From assembly GCF_963921235.1 (NCBI RefSeq), contig NC_086098.1:236778001-236842000 (forward strand): a stretch of 64,000 nucleotides of DNA. The letters are read 5' to 3'. The notes beneath the pieces are model-generated. The model had not been told where the DNA came from. It was given only the letters and a program-made list of their open reading frames with translations, and ran no database searches. Every line of letters starts with the position of its first letter. The stretch's first letter is position 1. This document shows positions 1 to 13,229 of the stretch, piece by piece. The translations under genes were made by a program, and so were the position numbers. The DNA is from Mobula hypostoma (taxonomy: Eukaryota).

Positions 1-659
1 GTCTCTCTCTTACCCTGTTGTTTATGTTCCTCTCAGTCGACCTTTAGTTTAACACGAGGCCCAGTCACTCAGCGACTGAGCTCCTGTGTGTTTCTGGGTA
101 GGCTGGGATGTAGATAATCCAACCCTTTCTACTGCACCCCAGCTGGAATCTCCAGAGGCTTGGTTAAACCACTACCATTTGGTCTTCACATACCTAAGGA
201 CTCAAACAACTCCGACAAATGTGAAAGGTCTTCACCCCTCAAACCGTTCTGGTCAACCGTGGACTGAAGGAGGGCCATCTGCCTTTGAAGGGTGTCCTCA
301 ACGTCATCAGGTGAGCCATTGTCCAGACCCCGGAGGATGACGAGTGCACGTACTTCAAGCTCATTGCAGTGAGGGACCAAATGTGGGTTTTACCTCCTTC
401 CCCCTCAGAGGACTGAACTAGGAGGAGCCCATTAGACTGGTCCCATCTCCGGGGTATGGAGTGGTGGGGGTCAGAGGTGCAGTCCATCAAGGATACAATT
501 GGGGACTTTGGGTAGGTGGGAGGATAGTGATTTTAAAAATGATTAGCCTTATTTGTCATGCACATTGAAAAATAATGAAACACGTTTGTGTCAACAACCA
601 ACACAGTCCAACGATGTGCTATGGGAATGCCCCTAAGTAGCGCTTGTAGTGCTGACATA

Positions 660-845
660 GCAAGCCCACAACTCACTAACCCTAACCCATATAGCGTGGA
701 AAGTCGGAGGAAACAGGAGCACCCAGAGGAAACCTATGCGGTCACGGGAAGAACATACAAGCTCATTACAGACAGTGGAGGGATATGAACCCCCAATTGC
801 TGGCACTGTATCGTGTAATGCTAACTGCTATGCTAGCATGCCATC
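660..845 (-). mobile_element. V-SINE-like SINE; further copies at ~8740-8900(-), ~40300-40490(-), ~41640-41880(+), ~51190-51450(+)
   Basis: V-domain core gagtttgtatgttctccccgtgaccgc...ggtgctccggtttcctcccaca. Confidence 0.65.
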
Positions 846-1119
846 CCTATGAGCCACCATGTAGCATGATGGGCCGGTGTTCATGATTGAATGGTTGGGT
901 CACAATTGTGGGCATGTTCATGAAAGTGGGGGCGGGGGGGGGAAGGAGAGGGATTTATAAGGTGAGTAGCGTCCAATGATTGGAGAGTGTCTGTTTCTTT
1001 AGGAAGTTCCTCTGGGTGGTGGGGGTAGGCAAAACTGGTGGTACATTCTGTGACAGGGAGACCAAAAGTGGGCTGTCAGAGGAAGATCATTTGGTTATCA
1101 AGTTTCCGAGTCAGCAGAA

Positions 1120-1880
1120 TCTAAATCAGGTTTAATATCATGGGTGTATTTAGTGAAATTTGTTGTTTTGTGGCAGCAGTGCATTGCAATACATAGTAAT
1201 AAAAACCATAAATTACAATAAGAGATGTATATAAAAAAAATAAATTAAGTGGTGCAAAAAGAGAGGTAAAATACTGCAGCAGCTTTTGTAGGTTTATTGT
1301 CCATTCAAAAATCTGATGGTGGAAGGGAAGAAGCTGTTCCTGAAATGTTGAGTGAGTGTTTTCAGGCTCCTGTACCTCCTCTCTGACAGTAGCAATGAGA
1401 AGAGAGCATGTCCTGGGTGGTGGGTGTCCTTAATGATAGATGTCAGCTTCTTGAGCCATCACCTTTTGAAGGTGTCCTGGATGCTGAGGAGGCCAGTGCC
1501 CATGATGGAACTAGCTGAGTTTACAGCTTTCTACAGCTTTTTCCAATTCTGTGCAGTGGCCCCTCTATACTAGACAGTGAGTTAGAATGTTCTCCACAGT
1601 ACATCTGTCGAAATTTACAAGTGGATTTGGTGACTTAACAATTTTCCTGAAATTTCTAATGAAATATAGCCACTGTTGTGTCTTCTTTGTGATTGCATTG
1701 ATATCTTGGGCCCAGGATAGATTCTCAAGAGATACTGACACCCAGGAATTTGAAATTGCTCACTCTTTCCACTTCTGATCCCTCAATGAGGACTGGTGTA
1801 TGTTCTCTCGACCTACCCTTTCTGGTCCAAAATCAATTCCTTGGTCTTACTGATGTTGAGTGCAAGGTTATTGTTGCAAC
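1120..1880 (-). mobile_element. Rex1/Babar-like LINE 3' fragment
   Basis: Reverse complement of the RT C-terminus seen at 11883-12700, with an (ATTCTG)-type tail. Confidence 0.75.
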
Positions 1881-2214
1881 AGAGTACAGAATGTTGCTGG
1901 GCTGTGGAAGATTAAAAGGGGTGGGTCAAGCCTGTGATATAGACAGCAAAGCTCACACTGAGCAGTGTCCACAAGCTGTGGGAAGAGATCCCATGGGTGG
2001 GTAAAGGACAGACCACATAGCAGCATCCGGAGGCTACATATGAGTAGGCTGACCTCATACTAAAGAGCAATGTCCACATGAGAAGATAGGCACATGAGTG
2101 ATAGAAAAATAGACCGCTATGTGGGAGGGAAGGGTGAGATTGATTTTAGAGTAGGTTAAAAGGCAGGCACAACATCAAGAACTGAAGAACCTGTTTTGTG
2201 CTGTACTGTTTTAT

Positions 2215-4985
2215 GTTCTAAGATCTGCAAGGCAGATGATCTTGTAGTGCAATTAAAGACTGGCAGGTACGATATTGTGGGCATTACTGAGTTGTGGCTG
2301 AAAGAAGATCCTAGCTGGGAGCTTAACATCCAAAGATACACAATGAATCAAAAGGACAGGCAGGTAGGCAGAGGCAGTGTTAGTAAAAATAATATCAAAT
2401 CCTTAGAAAGAAGATTGGAAGATACAGAATCCTTGTGGGTAGAGTTGAGCAACTGCAAAGGTAAAAAGACCGTGATGGGAATTATATACAGGCCTCCGAA
2501 CAGTAGCTAAGACATGAGATACAAGTTATGATGGGAAATATGGCATGTAAAAAGGTCATGGGGGGGGGGGTGGTGGACTTCAGTATGCTAGTAGATTGGC
2601 AAAATCGGGGTGGTGATAGATCCCAAGAGAAGGAATTTGTGGAATGCCTATGAGGTGTCTTTTTAGAGCAGCTTGTGGTTGAGCCCACTAGGGGAAAGGC
2701 GATCTGGATTGGGTGTTCTGTAAAGAACTATATATGATTAGGGAACTTAAGGTAAAGGAAATGTGAGGAGACAGAGATCATAATATGATAGAATGCACCC
2801 TGCAGTTTGAGAGGGATAAGCTAAAGTTTAATGTATCTGTATTACAGTGGAATAAAGAGAACTACAGAGGCATGAGAAAGGAGCTGAACAAAGTTGATTG
2901 GAAGGGGACACTAGCAGGGATGATGGCAGAACAGCAGTGGCTGGAGTTTCTGGGAGCAAATCTGAAGGCACAGGATAGATACCCTCAAAAGATGAAGAAG
3001 TATTCTAAAAGAAGGATGATGCTATGGTGGCTAACAAGGGAAGTCAAAGACAGCATAAAAGCAAAAGAGAGGACACATAATACAACAAAAATTAGTGGGA
3101 ACTTAGAGTATCAACTAACTATAAAAGCAATTAGCAGAGAAAAGATATAATATGATGGTAAGCTAGCCAATAACATAAAAGAGGATACCAATTTTTTTTT
3201 TCCAGATACATGAAGAGAAAAAGAGAGGTGAGAGTGGATATCAGATTGCTGGACAGGTACGAGTAATGGAGGACAAAGAAATGGCACACAAACTTATTAA
3301 GTCTTTTGCATCAGTCTTTACTGTGCAATTCACTAGCTGTATGCCAGAATTTTGAGAGTATTAGGAGGCAGAAGTGAGTGTAGTTGCTACTACTAAGAAG
3401 ATGCTTGGGAAGATGAAACGTCTGAAGGTAGGTAACGCACCTGGTCGAGATGGACTATACCACAGGATACTGAAAGTGGTAGCTCAAGAGAATATGGAGG
3501 CATTGGTAATGATCATTCATGAATCACTAGATTCTGAAATGGTTCTGGAGGACAGGAAAATTATAAATGCACTCACTTCTTTAAGAAGGAAGGGAGGCAA
3601 AAGAAAAAAATTATATGCCAGTTAAGCTTGACTTCAGTGATTGGGAAGATGTTGGAGCCCATTATTAAGGATGAAGTTTTGGAATACTTGGAGGCATATG
3701 ATAAAATAAGCTGAAGTCAGCACGGTTTCCTTAAGGGGAAATTTTGCCTGACAAACCTGTTTGAACTCCTTGAGGAAAAACAGGTCGGATAGATAAAGGA
3801 GAGTCAGTGGATGTTGTTTACTTGAATTTTCAGAAGGCCTTTGACAAGATGTCGCACAATGCTGCTGAACAAGAGCCTATGGTATTAGAGGAAAAGTACA
3901 AGCATGGAAAGAAGATTAGTTGACTGGCAGGAGATAAAGAGTGAGAATGAAGGGGGCTTTTTCTGGTTGGATGCTGTTGACTAGTGGTGTTCTGCAGGGG
4001 TTGGTGTTAGATTTGCTATGTTTCATGCTATACGTTACTGATCTGGATGACGGAATTGACGGCTTTGTGGCCATGTTTGCGGACAATATGAAGAGAGTGA
4101 AGGGGCAGGTAGTGTTGAGGAAGCAGAAAATCTGTAGATGGATTTAGAATAAGAAAATGGACAAAGATGTGGTAGATGGAATTTAATGTAGGGAAGTGTG
4201 TGGTAGAAGGAATAATACCAATAATAATTTTAAAATCAGGGAATGAATTTAAAACTCAGAGATTCAATTGGATTTCAGAGTCCTAATGCAGGATTCCCTA
4301 AAGTTTAACTTGTAGGTTGAGACAGTGATAAGGAAGCCAAATGCAGTGTTAGCATTCATTTCTAGATGACTAGAAAATAAAAGCATGTAATGCTAAGGCT
4401 TCAATAAGGCATTCGTCAGGATGCACTTAGTGTACTGTGAACATTTTTTGGCCCTACATCTAAGGAACGATTGGACAGGATCCAGAGAAGGTCTATAAGA
4501 ATTATCCCAGGAATGAAATGGTTAACCTATAAGGAGTGTTTGATACTCTGGGCCTGTATCCACTGGAGTTTAGAAACTTTAGTAGAGGGGATCTCTTGAA
4601 ATCTACTGCATACTGAAAGGACTGGATAAAGTGGATATGAAGAGGAAGTTTCCGAAAGTGGGAGAGTCTAGGACGATAGGGTACAGCCTCAGAAAAGAAG
4701 GACAATACTTTAGAAAGGAGATGAGGAGGAGTTTCTTTAGCCAGAAGGGGTGAATTTGTGGAATTTGTTGCCACAGACAGCTGTGGAGGCTAAGCCAAAT
4801 ACAGTGTTAGCATTCATTTTTACATGAGTAGAAAATAAAAGCAAGTGTGTAATGCCGAGGTTGATAGGTTCTTGGTTAGTAAGGCATCAAAGTTAACAAG
4901 GAGAATGTAGGGAAATGGGGTCAAGAGGGAAAATAAATCAGCTGTGGTCAAATGGTCTAATTTTGCTCTTATATCTGATAATTCA
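2215..4985 (+). mobile_element. Degenerate CR1 LINE ORF2 (APE endonuclease plus RT) and 3' UTR
   Basis: YDIVGITELWL, IYRPPNS, TSGVLQG...FADN fragments with stops and frameshifts. Confidence 0.88.
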
Positions 4986-5192
4986 ATGTTCCACTGGTCT
5001 GTAGTATTGGCTAAATCCATTCTACAGAGCAATGCCCACAGACAATGGGAAGAGATCCATGGGTGGGTGGGTGAAGCAGAAAGTACTGCAGTGCCCATAG
5101 ACCCCGCTAGACGGCATTGCTAAAGGCAAAGGTATCTGACTGCAGAAAACCCCCCCTCTGATCCAGCACTCTCATGTCTGCAGGGAGAAGAG

Positions 5193-6866
5193 ATGCTGTG
5201 GGGAGTGAACGAAAGAAGATGGCTGATCCTGACCCTGCTCCTGCTGGCTTTTGTGCGAGGCTGCCCAGCTGACTGCCCCACCTCCTGTACTTGTGGTCTG
5301 GGGAACGGGACAGTGGTGTGCCACGGTGCCCAGCTCACCACCCCTCCAAGACTGCTTCCTGACGGGATGACGAGGCTGGACTTGAGCAGCAACTTGATTG
5401 AGTGGCTGGGCCGGGGAACCTTTGGCAATCTGACCGAGCTACAGGAGCTGGACCTCAGCGACAACCTGGTGTCCAACATCGAGGATGAAGCATTCTGTGG
5501 CCTGCCCAGTCTCCTCACCCTCCGGCTGCGCGGTAACCGTCTAGACACCATTCAGCCCGGCGTGATGAGGGCCTTGCCCAACCTCCGCAGCCTGCAGCTG
5601 GGTGATAGGCTGTCCCATGTGGAGGCTGGAGTCTTCGCTGGCCTAGCACGACTACGGCATCTATCCCTGGGCATGGCGTCTGCCGCCCGCCAGGTGCCCA
5701 TTGCTTCCCTCTCATCACTGCGTGGCCTCCGGTCACTGCGCCTTTCCGGCTTGGGGGCCAGAACACTGGAGGCCGGCTCCTTCCATGGCTTGCGACACCT
5801 CCGCCACCTGCGCATTGACCGCTGGCCTCAGCTGGAGGAGCTGAATCCAGGCGCTCTGGACAGCCTCAACCTCACCAGCCTTTCGATCACCCGCTGCAAC
5901 CTGAGCTCAGTACCGGGCCACTCCTTCGCCCACCTGGTCTACCTGCGGTGTCTCGACCTCTCACACAACCCCATCACTGCGGTGCATGGGAGTGCACTGA
6001 AGGGCCTGGCTCGCTTGCGTGAGCTGCGGTTGGCTGGTGGCGGCCACCTGGCTGAGATCTGGGCTGGAGCCTTCCGGGGCCTGCCCAGCCTCCGAGCCCT
6101 CGATGTGTCGGGCAACAAATTGGTAACACTAGAGGAAGCGGCCTTTGAATCAGTGGGCAGCCTGGAGTCCCTGGGACTGGGCTCCAACCCACTGGCCTGC
6201 GACTGCCGGCTCCGCTGGCTGCTACAGGCTAAGGCGCCTGGGCTGGACTGGGGGCGGCGGCTGCCCACTTGCACCGACCCGGAGGGGGTACATGGCGTTC
6301 AGCTGGTGGAGCTAGGCGCTGCCGAGCTTACCTGCCGCCGGCCCCGTATCAACATCCGACCCCAGGCCCAGGTGTCGGTAGCTGAGGGGCAGACGGTGAG
6401 ACTGGCATGTGGGGCTGTGGGCTGGCCAGCTCCGTTGGTGAACTGGGTCGCGCCCGACCTCCGGTTGCTGAGTGGTGGCAAGGGTGGTCGGCTCCAGATG
6501 CTGGCTGATGGCTCGCTGGAGATCCGCCTGGCCCAGGCCGGGGACTCTGGTCTCTATCTGTGCACCGCGTTTAACCTAGCAGGTAACGACTCTGCCTCTG
6601 CTCACCTGCTTGTGAGCGGCTGGGGCACCCCCACCACCCCTGCCTCTGCTGGTCCTTCCCTGCTGGACCCTCCGACGTTGACAGTTGTCCTGACCCTGGG
6701 CTTGGCCTGCTTCCTTGGCGTCACCGTGTTCTGCTTCACACTTCTGCTGCTCTGGAGTCGGCTGAAGGGCCCCATCAAACGCACCGGCAGCGTGGAGGTG
6801 CTCAGGCACTCAAGCAGCATCAGCGCACAGTCCGAGGCCATCAAGTACACCACCAAAATGCTGTGA
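5193..6866 (+). CDS. LINGO-like: LINGO-family LRR and Ig domain transmembrane protein (557 aa, single coding exon)
   Basis: Signal peptide, LRRNT (CPADCPTSCTC), LRR array with LINGO hallmark segments (WPQL..., LNLTSLSITRCNLS, HLVYLRCLDLSHNPI, NPLACDCRL), Ig domain, TM helix (LGLACFLGVTVFCFTLLLLWSR) and short tail ending KYTTKML (LINGO1-3 end KFNMKMI/RFNMKMI). Splice acceptor tctgcag ends at 5183, so an upstream exon is implied. Paralog number not assignable by eye. Confidence 0.93.
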   Translation: MLWGVNERRWLILTLLLLAFVRGCPADCPTSCTCGLGNGTVVCHGAQLTTPPRLLPDGMTRLDLSSNLIEWLGRGTFGNLTELQELDLSDNLVSNIEDEAFCGLPSLLTLRLRGNRLDTIQPGVMRALPNLRSLQLGDRLSHVEAGVFAGLARLRHLSLGMASAARQVPIASLSSLRGLRSLRLSGLGARTLEAGSFHGLRHLRHLRIDRWPQLEELNPGALDSLNLTSLSITRCNLSSVPGHSFAHLVYLRCLDLSHNPITAVHGSALKGLARLRELRLAGGGHLAEIWAGAFRGLPSLRALDVSGNKLVTLEEAAFESVGSLESLGLGSNPLACDCRLRWLLQAKAPGLDWGRRLPTCTDPEGVHGVQLVELGAAELTCRRPRINIRPQAQVSVAEGQTVRLACGAVGWPAPLVNWVAPDLRLLSGGKGGRLQMLADGSLEIRLAQAGDSGLYLCTAFNLAGNDSASAHLLVSGWGTPTTPASAGPSLLDPPTLTVVLTLGLACFLGVTVFCFTLLLLWSRLKGPIKRTGSVEVLRHSSSISAQSEAIKYTTKML

Positions 6867-9800
6867 AGGGTTATGGGGGGGTGGGGGGGCGATAGGGTGG
6901 TCAGTTCCTTGGACTGGACTGGTGAGCAAGTGCTGGAATTAAGGACAGTCCCCTTCCCTCCCCTCATCTCCCCTTCCCTAGTGTAGAAGGCGGACTTGGT
7001 GGAAGGGGTTGAACTAATCTCCGCTCTCAGTTGTGAAGCCTCCCCATGCCTGATGTCACCTTTCCCCCTTGCCTCACCTGCAAAACTCAGCCCCATGAGT
7101 GACCCCCACTCCTCTATCTCACTTGCTACAGAGTTAATGAAGTGTTTTGCACTGGAGGGGGTGCGGTGAAGCTTCGCCCATGTGGTGGCTGGTCTGGAGC
7201 ATTTCAGTGCAATGGAGACACTATACAGACAAGGTGTTTTCACTGGGGCAGAGGAGGCTCGGAGTGTCCTGCATGGGGTGTATGAAATCATGAGGGTGAA
7301 ACATAAGGAAGATTGTCAAAATCTTTTACCGTATGGCTGGTGGTGTGAGTGGGGGGCAACTAAGATGAGAAGGCAGAGGCTTAGGGCGAGAGATGGGACA
7401 TTCAGAGGGATTTGAGAGGGAATGTTTTTGCACAGAGGGGTGGTTAGAGTCCAAAACATGCTGCCGAAAGAGATGGTGGAGACAGAGGAACTCTCACAGC
7501 ATCCAGACAACAGTTTGAACTGTCGAGTCCCAGAGGAGGTCCTGATGTGGGATATGGACATAGGTACAGCAGAGGGTGTGAGTATAATGGGTGGAAGGGC
7601 CTGTTTCTGTACTGAACAGTTCTATGACTGTCACACACAAAACGCTGCAGGGACTCGGCAAATCAGACAGCATCCATGGAGGGTAATAAACATTTGACAT
7701 TTTGAGCCGAGACTGTTCACAAGTTCCTGGGGCATTTTGTGTGTGGGCTGCTTCTGCAGAACCTCATGAACAATGGTGGAGCAAACCCAATGGGCTGAAT
7801 GGCCTAATTCTGCTCCTTTGTTTTATGGTGTTATGGAGCATTGCTGGTTTGACATTAGTGTAGTCAGTACCAGTACCATGGATTTATGTGACCTTGGCCT
7901 ATAATCATTGTCTGACATTGAGTTGCAGGTGGACACACACCTTTCTACCTCCAACCATTACGTACCTACCCACACTCATCCCCTTTTATTCTCCCCACAT
8001 TCCCATCAACTCCACCTTAGATCAATCACCAACCTATGCCAGCAGGGGGGCAATTTCCAGCAACTGACTAACTTTGCAGCCCATGGCATTTCTTTCAGTC
8101 CACTGAGTCTGTACAGACCATCAAGAAGCCATTTATACTGATTCTACACTAACCCCTATTTAACATTCCCCTGCAGATTCCCATCAACTTAATTGTGAGC
8201 CCATAAAGTTTTATTCCCATTTGACCATAGGACATAGGAGAATTAGGCCATTTGGCCCATTGAAGCTGCTCCACCATTCCATCACTCTGATATTTATCAT
8301 CTCTCTCAATCCCATTCTCCTGCCTTCTCCCCATAACCTATGATGCCCTGACTAATCAAGAACCTATCAACCCCCATTTTAAATATACTCAATGAGTTCC
8401 AGAGATTCACCACCCCCAGCTAAAGAAATTCCTCTTCATCTTTGTTCTAATGGGCCATTCCCTCTATTCTGAGGATGTGCCCCAGAACATTAACCTACGC
8501 AGTAAGGGGTTCAATTTACAGCATTAACTTTCCAATCCACAGTACTTCTCATCTGCTATTGTCCTTGAAGAGGTGATACTGAGCCAGAGCTGAAAAATAG
8601 ACCTATTGGCCATCTGAATCCGTGCTGACCTTTAAGAAGCCACTTTCACTAATCCTACATTAATGCTTTTTAAATATTCCCCTCCACATTCCGACCCAGA
8701 TTCCAACTCCTCACCCACACACCAGAGAGGCAGGTTACAGCGGCCAAGTAACTCACCGACCCCGCAGGTGATTGAGTTGCAGGTGAAAACTAGAACAGCT
8801 GGGGGGGGGTGGGGGAACCCATACGGTCATAGGGAGAATGTGCAATCTCTGCACACGCGCGACCTGGAGATCAGGATTGGACCCAGGTCACTGGAGCCGT
8901 GAGGGCAGCTTGAGGAAACATGGGCAGAGTGCTGAGGTCAGACATGAAGGGAGGGAGCAGGTGTACGTGGAGCATGAAGACTGGATTCTGTAACACAAGA
9001 GGTTCTGCAGATGCTGGAAATCCAGAGTACACACGCAAAATGCTACAAGAACTCAGCAGATCAGGCAGCGCCTATGGGGGGGGGGGATAAACAGTTAACA
9101 TTTCAGACCAAAACCTTTCACCTTGATATGATCTTTTATTCCAGTGTGGGAGGGAGTGCGGGAGTCTCAGAAGCAGCTCTGCTCCTTTCCGTGTCTGAGT
9201 GTAGATGCAAAGCTCTTGTGTGTGTATGTCTGGATCTGGCTCCTCCAACCTTCCCTCTCCACCCAGGCCAAGCTGCTGGGGAGCCTGGTTCTCCTCACCT
9301 GCCTTTCAGTCTGCAGCTTTCAAAAGGTGATCCATCAGGAAGCAAATATTGAGCCTTTTCACCCATTACAGGAAGTCTCCGGCACAAGGTGAAAAACAGC
9401 CTCCACCCTTGGGCCTGGATTCAAATAATATGCAACTAAGGTCATAACTGTACTGTTTCACAAGATATTACAGGATTATCAAAGCTTTATAAAGATGTGC
9501 ATTTTTTGTTATTAATAAAATATCTGGCAGTTCTTGTGCAGTATTTTCTGACTGTGCTATCTGTTAAGCAGCTTCTACCCAGCAGCTCAAAGGCAAAAAC
9601 TGAGAATGCAACTCAGATGACGCAAGGGATCAGTTATGACCTACTGAAGGGTAGGGAAGGCTTGAGCTGAATGGCCTTCCTGATGACCTTATGGACATAG
9701 GGTTGTGTAATCAGTTGGCAGAGATAGAGGTTGTAGCATGAATGCAGACAGGAACTCTCTATCCAGGTCCCCAATCTTAACATTAGGACATTTAAGAGAC

Positions 9801-11882
9801 TCTTGGATAGGCACATGGATGACAGAAAAATGGAGAGCAATGTAGGAATTCAATGTTAGATTTAATCTTAGAGTCGGTTAAAAGACTGGCACAACATAGT
9901 GGGTTGAAGGGACTGTATTGTTCTATAAGAGGAACAAGGTCCCCTCCCCTTCCCTCTCCCTGTCTCTCTCTCTCTCTCTCTCTCCCACCCTTCTTTCTGC
10001 CCTCCCTTCACATGTGCGGCTTGACCAGTGAATTTATTTCCGGCATTGTCTGCTTTAATTCAGATTCCTAGCATCTGGGGTATTTTACTCCACCACCTAG
10101 TCTATGTGGCGGGTGAAGCTTAGGGTTTCATTTGAATGGCACTGGGTCTCTTCCCCAGTTAGAGCAGAGGGAGTGATAAACTCAGCCTGACAGTAAGGGA
10201 CCGGCTATTCGGAGGTAGAGCTGGACCCACTGCCTCATGCACTTGGTGAGAAGGGATTCGGACTATTCCCTAAACCTGAGCGAGTGCGCCACCCGCTGCC
10301 CACAGCACGCTACTACAAACCTGAGAGCTTCACTTGCTGGGTGCCGCAAACCCCATTGTGCAGTGCGGATACTCTCCGGGGTATAACTGGGCACAGCAGA
10401 CTTATTCTGTGTTAAAATCCACATCCCTTGAAACAGACCCTGTCCAAGTTGTGGGTCTTATCTGTAGACACTGGGCAAGGCAGGGCTGGGAGTAGCCTTT
10501 CTGTGGAATAGTGGAGTTTGATGCACGGCTGGAGGACACAGGACAGGGAGTGAGGCTGCTCTGTATACTTGGGATTATGACAAAGATGTGGGAGAGAACC
10601 CATGTGCGCAGATGGGGAGGGCTAAGGAAACTCAAGATTAATTGTAAGCAAGTTGTGAGTGAAATCCACACCACCAGGTTCAGGAACAGTTATTATCCCT
10701 CAGTCATTGGGCTTCTATTGGGGAGGATAACTTTACTCGCCCCAACAATGAAGTTTTCCCATAACCTTATGGACCCACATTCAAGGACTCTTCATCTCAT
10801 ATTCTTGATATTTATTGCTTATTAATTAATTCATTTATTATGTTTGCTTTTTTCTTTTATATTTGCACAGTTTTGTTGCCTTTTGCACATTGGTTGTTTG
10901 TCCATCTTATTGTGTGCGGCTTTCATTAATTCTGTTGTGTTTCTTTGTACCTACCCACAAGAAAATTAATCTTAGGGTAGCATATAGTGACACATATGTA
11001 CTTTGAAAATAAATTTACTTTGAAATTTGAACTTTTCTTTTTGTTGAAAAGAAAAGCCCAGGACAGCTGAGGTTACATACAGAGTATAACTCCTTCCACA
11101 CAGTCCTATCATGTACTCCCAGCGCCGGGTTAGATACGGAATAAAATTTTCAAGAAGAAATAATCTTAAAAACGATTCTTCTGAGCTCCTATTTGAAAAT
11201 TCTCATCCAGATCCAGGATGCATTTAGAACATAGAACAGTATAGCACAGTACAGGCCATTCGGCTAATGATATTGTGCCGACCTTTTAACCTACTCCAAG
11301 ATCAATCTAACCCTTCCCCTCTACATAACCTTCATTTTTCCACCATCCATGTCCATATCTAAGAGTCTCTTAAAAGTCCCTTATATATCTGCCTCTACCA
11401 CCACCAGCAGGGTGTTACACACACCCACCATTCTCTGTGTAAAAAAATCTGCCTCTGACTTCCCCTCACAGTAGTTTCCACCAATCACCATAAAATTATG
11501 TCCCCTTGTATTAACCATTTCCACCCTGGGAAAAGTCTCTGGCTATCCATTTAGTCTATGCCTCTTATCACCTTGTACATCTCTATCAAGTCACCTCTCA
11601 TACTCCTTCACTCCAGAGAAAAACCGTAGGTCACTCAATCTTTCCTTATAAGACATGTTCTCCAGCACTTATCCCAGAACACATTCCCAGCCTCTCTTTA
11701 TAACTCATGTCATCTGGTTCCAGTAACATCCTTGTGAATCTGGAGAGCTTGCCCCCAACCTTCCTAAATCCTTATAAATGAAGTCTTGCATACAGATATC
11801 CTTGGCATGTCTCACATAGCGCCACAGAGCAATACAGCACAGATAAAGGCTCTTCGCCCCAACCAGTCTATGCTGACCATAG

Positions 11883-12998
11883 TTGCCAATTCCTCTTAAT
11901 CTCTGCATTTGGATCCTTGACTTCCTATCCGGAAGACCACAATCTGTGCGGATTTGTGATAACATATCCTCCTCACTGACAATCAATACTGGTGCACCTC
12001 AGGGGTGTGTGCTTAGCCCACTGCTCTACTCTGTATACACACATGACTGTGTGGCTAGGCATAGCTCAAAAACCATCTATAAATTTGCTGATGATACAAC
12101 CATTGTTGGTAGAATCTCAGGTGGTGACGAGGGGGCGTACAGGAGTGAAATATGCCAACTAGTGAAGTGGTGCTGCAGCAAAAACCTGGCACTCAGTGTC
12201 AGTAAGACGAAAGAGCTGATTGTGGACTTCAGGAAGGGTAAGACGAAGGAACACATACCAATCCTCACAGAGGGATCAGAAGTGGAGAGAGTGAGCAGTT
12301 TAAAGTTCTTGTGTGTCAAGATCTCTGAAGATCTAACCTGGTCCCAACATATCAATGTAGTTATAAAGAAGGCAAGACAGTGGCTATATTTCATTAGGAG
12401 TTTGAAGAGATTTGGCATGTCAACAAATACACTCAAAAACCTCTATAGTTGTACCATGGAGAGCATTCTGACAGGCTGCATCACTGTCTGGTATGGGGGG
12501 GGGGTTGCTACTGCACAGGACCGAAAGAAGCTGCAGAGGGCTGTAAATCTACTCAGCTCCATCTTGGGTACTAGCCAACAAAGTACCCAAGACATCTTCA
12601 GGGAGCGGTGTCTCAGAAAGGCAGCATCCATTATTATGACCTCCAGCACCCAGGGCATGCCCTTTTCTCACTGTTACCATCAGGTTGGAGATACAGAAGC
12701 CTGAAGGCACACACTCAGCGATTCAGGAACAGCTTCTTCCCCTCTGCCATCCGATTCCTAAATGGGCATTGAATCCTTGGACACAACCTCAGTTTTTTTA
12801 ATGTACAGTATTTCTGTTTTTTGTACTTTAAAAAAATCTATTCAATATACATATACTGTAATTAATTTACTTGTTTATTTATTATTATTATAATTTTCTC
12901 TCATCTAGATTATGTATTGCATTGAACTGCTGCTGCTAAGTTAACAAATTTCATGTCACATACTAGAGATAATAAACCTGATTCTGATTTTGATTCCA
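11883..12998 (+). mobile_element. Rex1/Babar-like (L2-group) LINE, 5'-truncated RT plus 3' tail
   Basis: [33 protein letters not shown]; ends AATAAA plus (ATTCTG)n. Confidence 0.88.
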
Positions 12999-13229
12999 GG
13001 TACCTATCCAAGCTACTTTAATGGTACCTGCCTCAACCACTTCCTCTGGCAGCTCATTCCGTATACACACCACCCTCTGCATGAAAACTCTATCCCTCAG
13101 GTTCCTTTTAAATCTTTCCCCTCTCGCTCTAAAGCTATGTCACATGGTTTTGGACTCCAATACCCGGTGGGGGGGGGTGTATCTATGTCTCATTACATAT
13201 GTTTTTATATAGTCACGGTCTCACTGTCT

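Noticed and set aside
60-490. Minus-strand ORF 186-380 in unique-looking sequence, possibly a terminal exon
   Set aside because: No recognisable homology and no convincing splice acceptor; cannot support a call
5120-7291. Several antisense ORFs over LINGO (up to 229 aa)
   Set aside because: Shadow frames of a GC-rich CDS
9144-9520. Acceptor-like site, 82-codon ORF and AATAAA at ~9514
   Set aside because: Could be a terminal or UTR exon, but there is no linked donor and no recognisable protein
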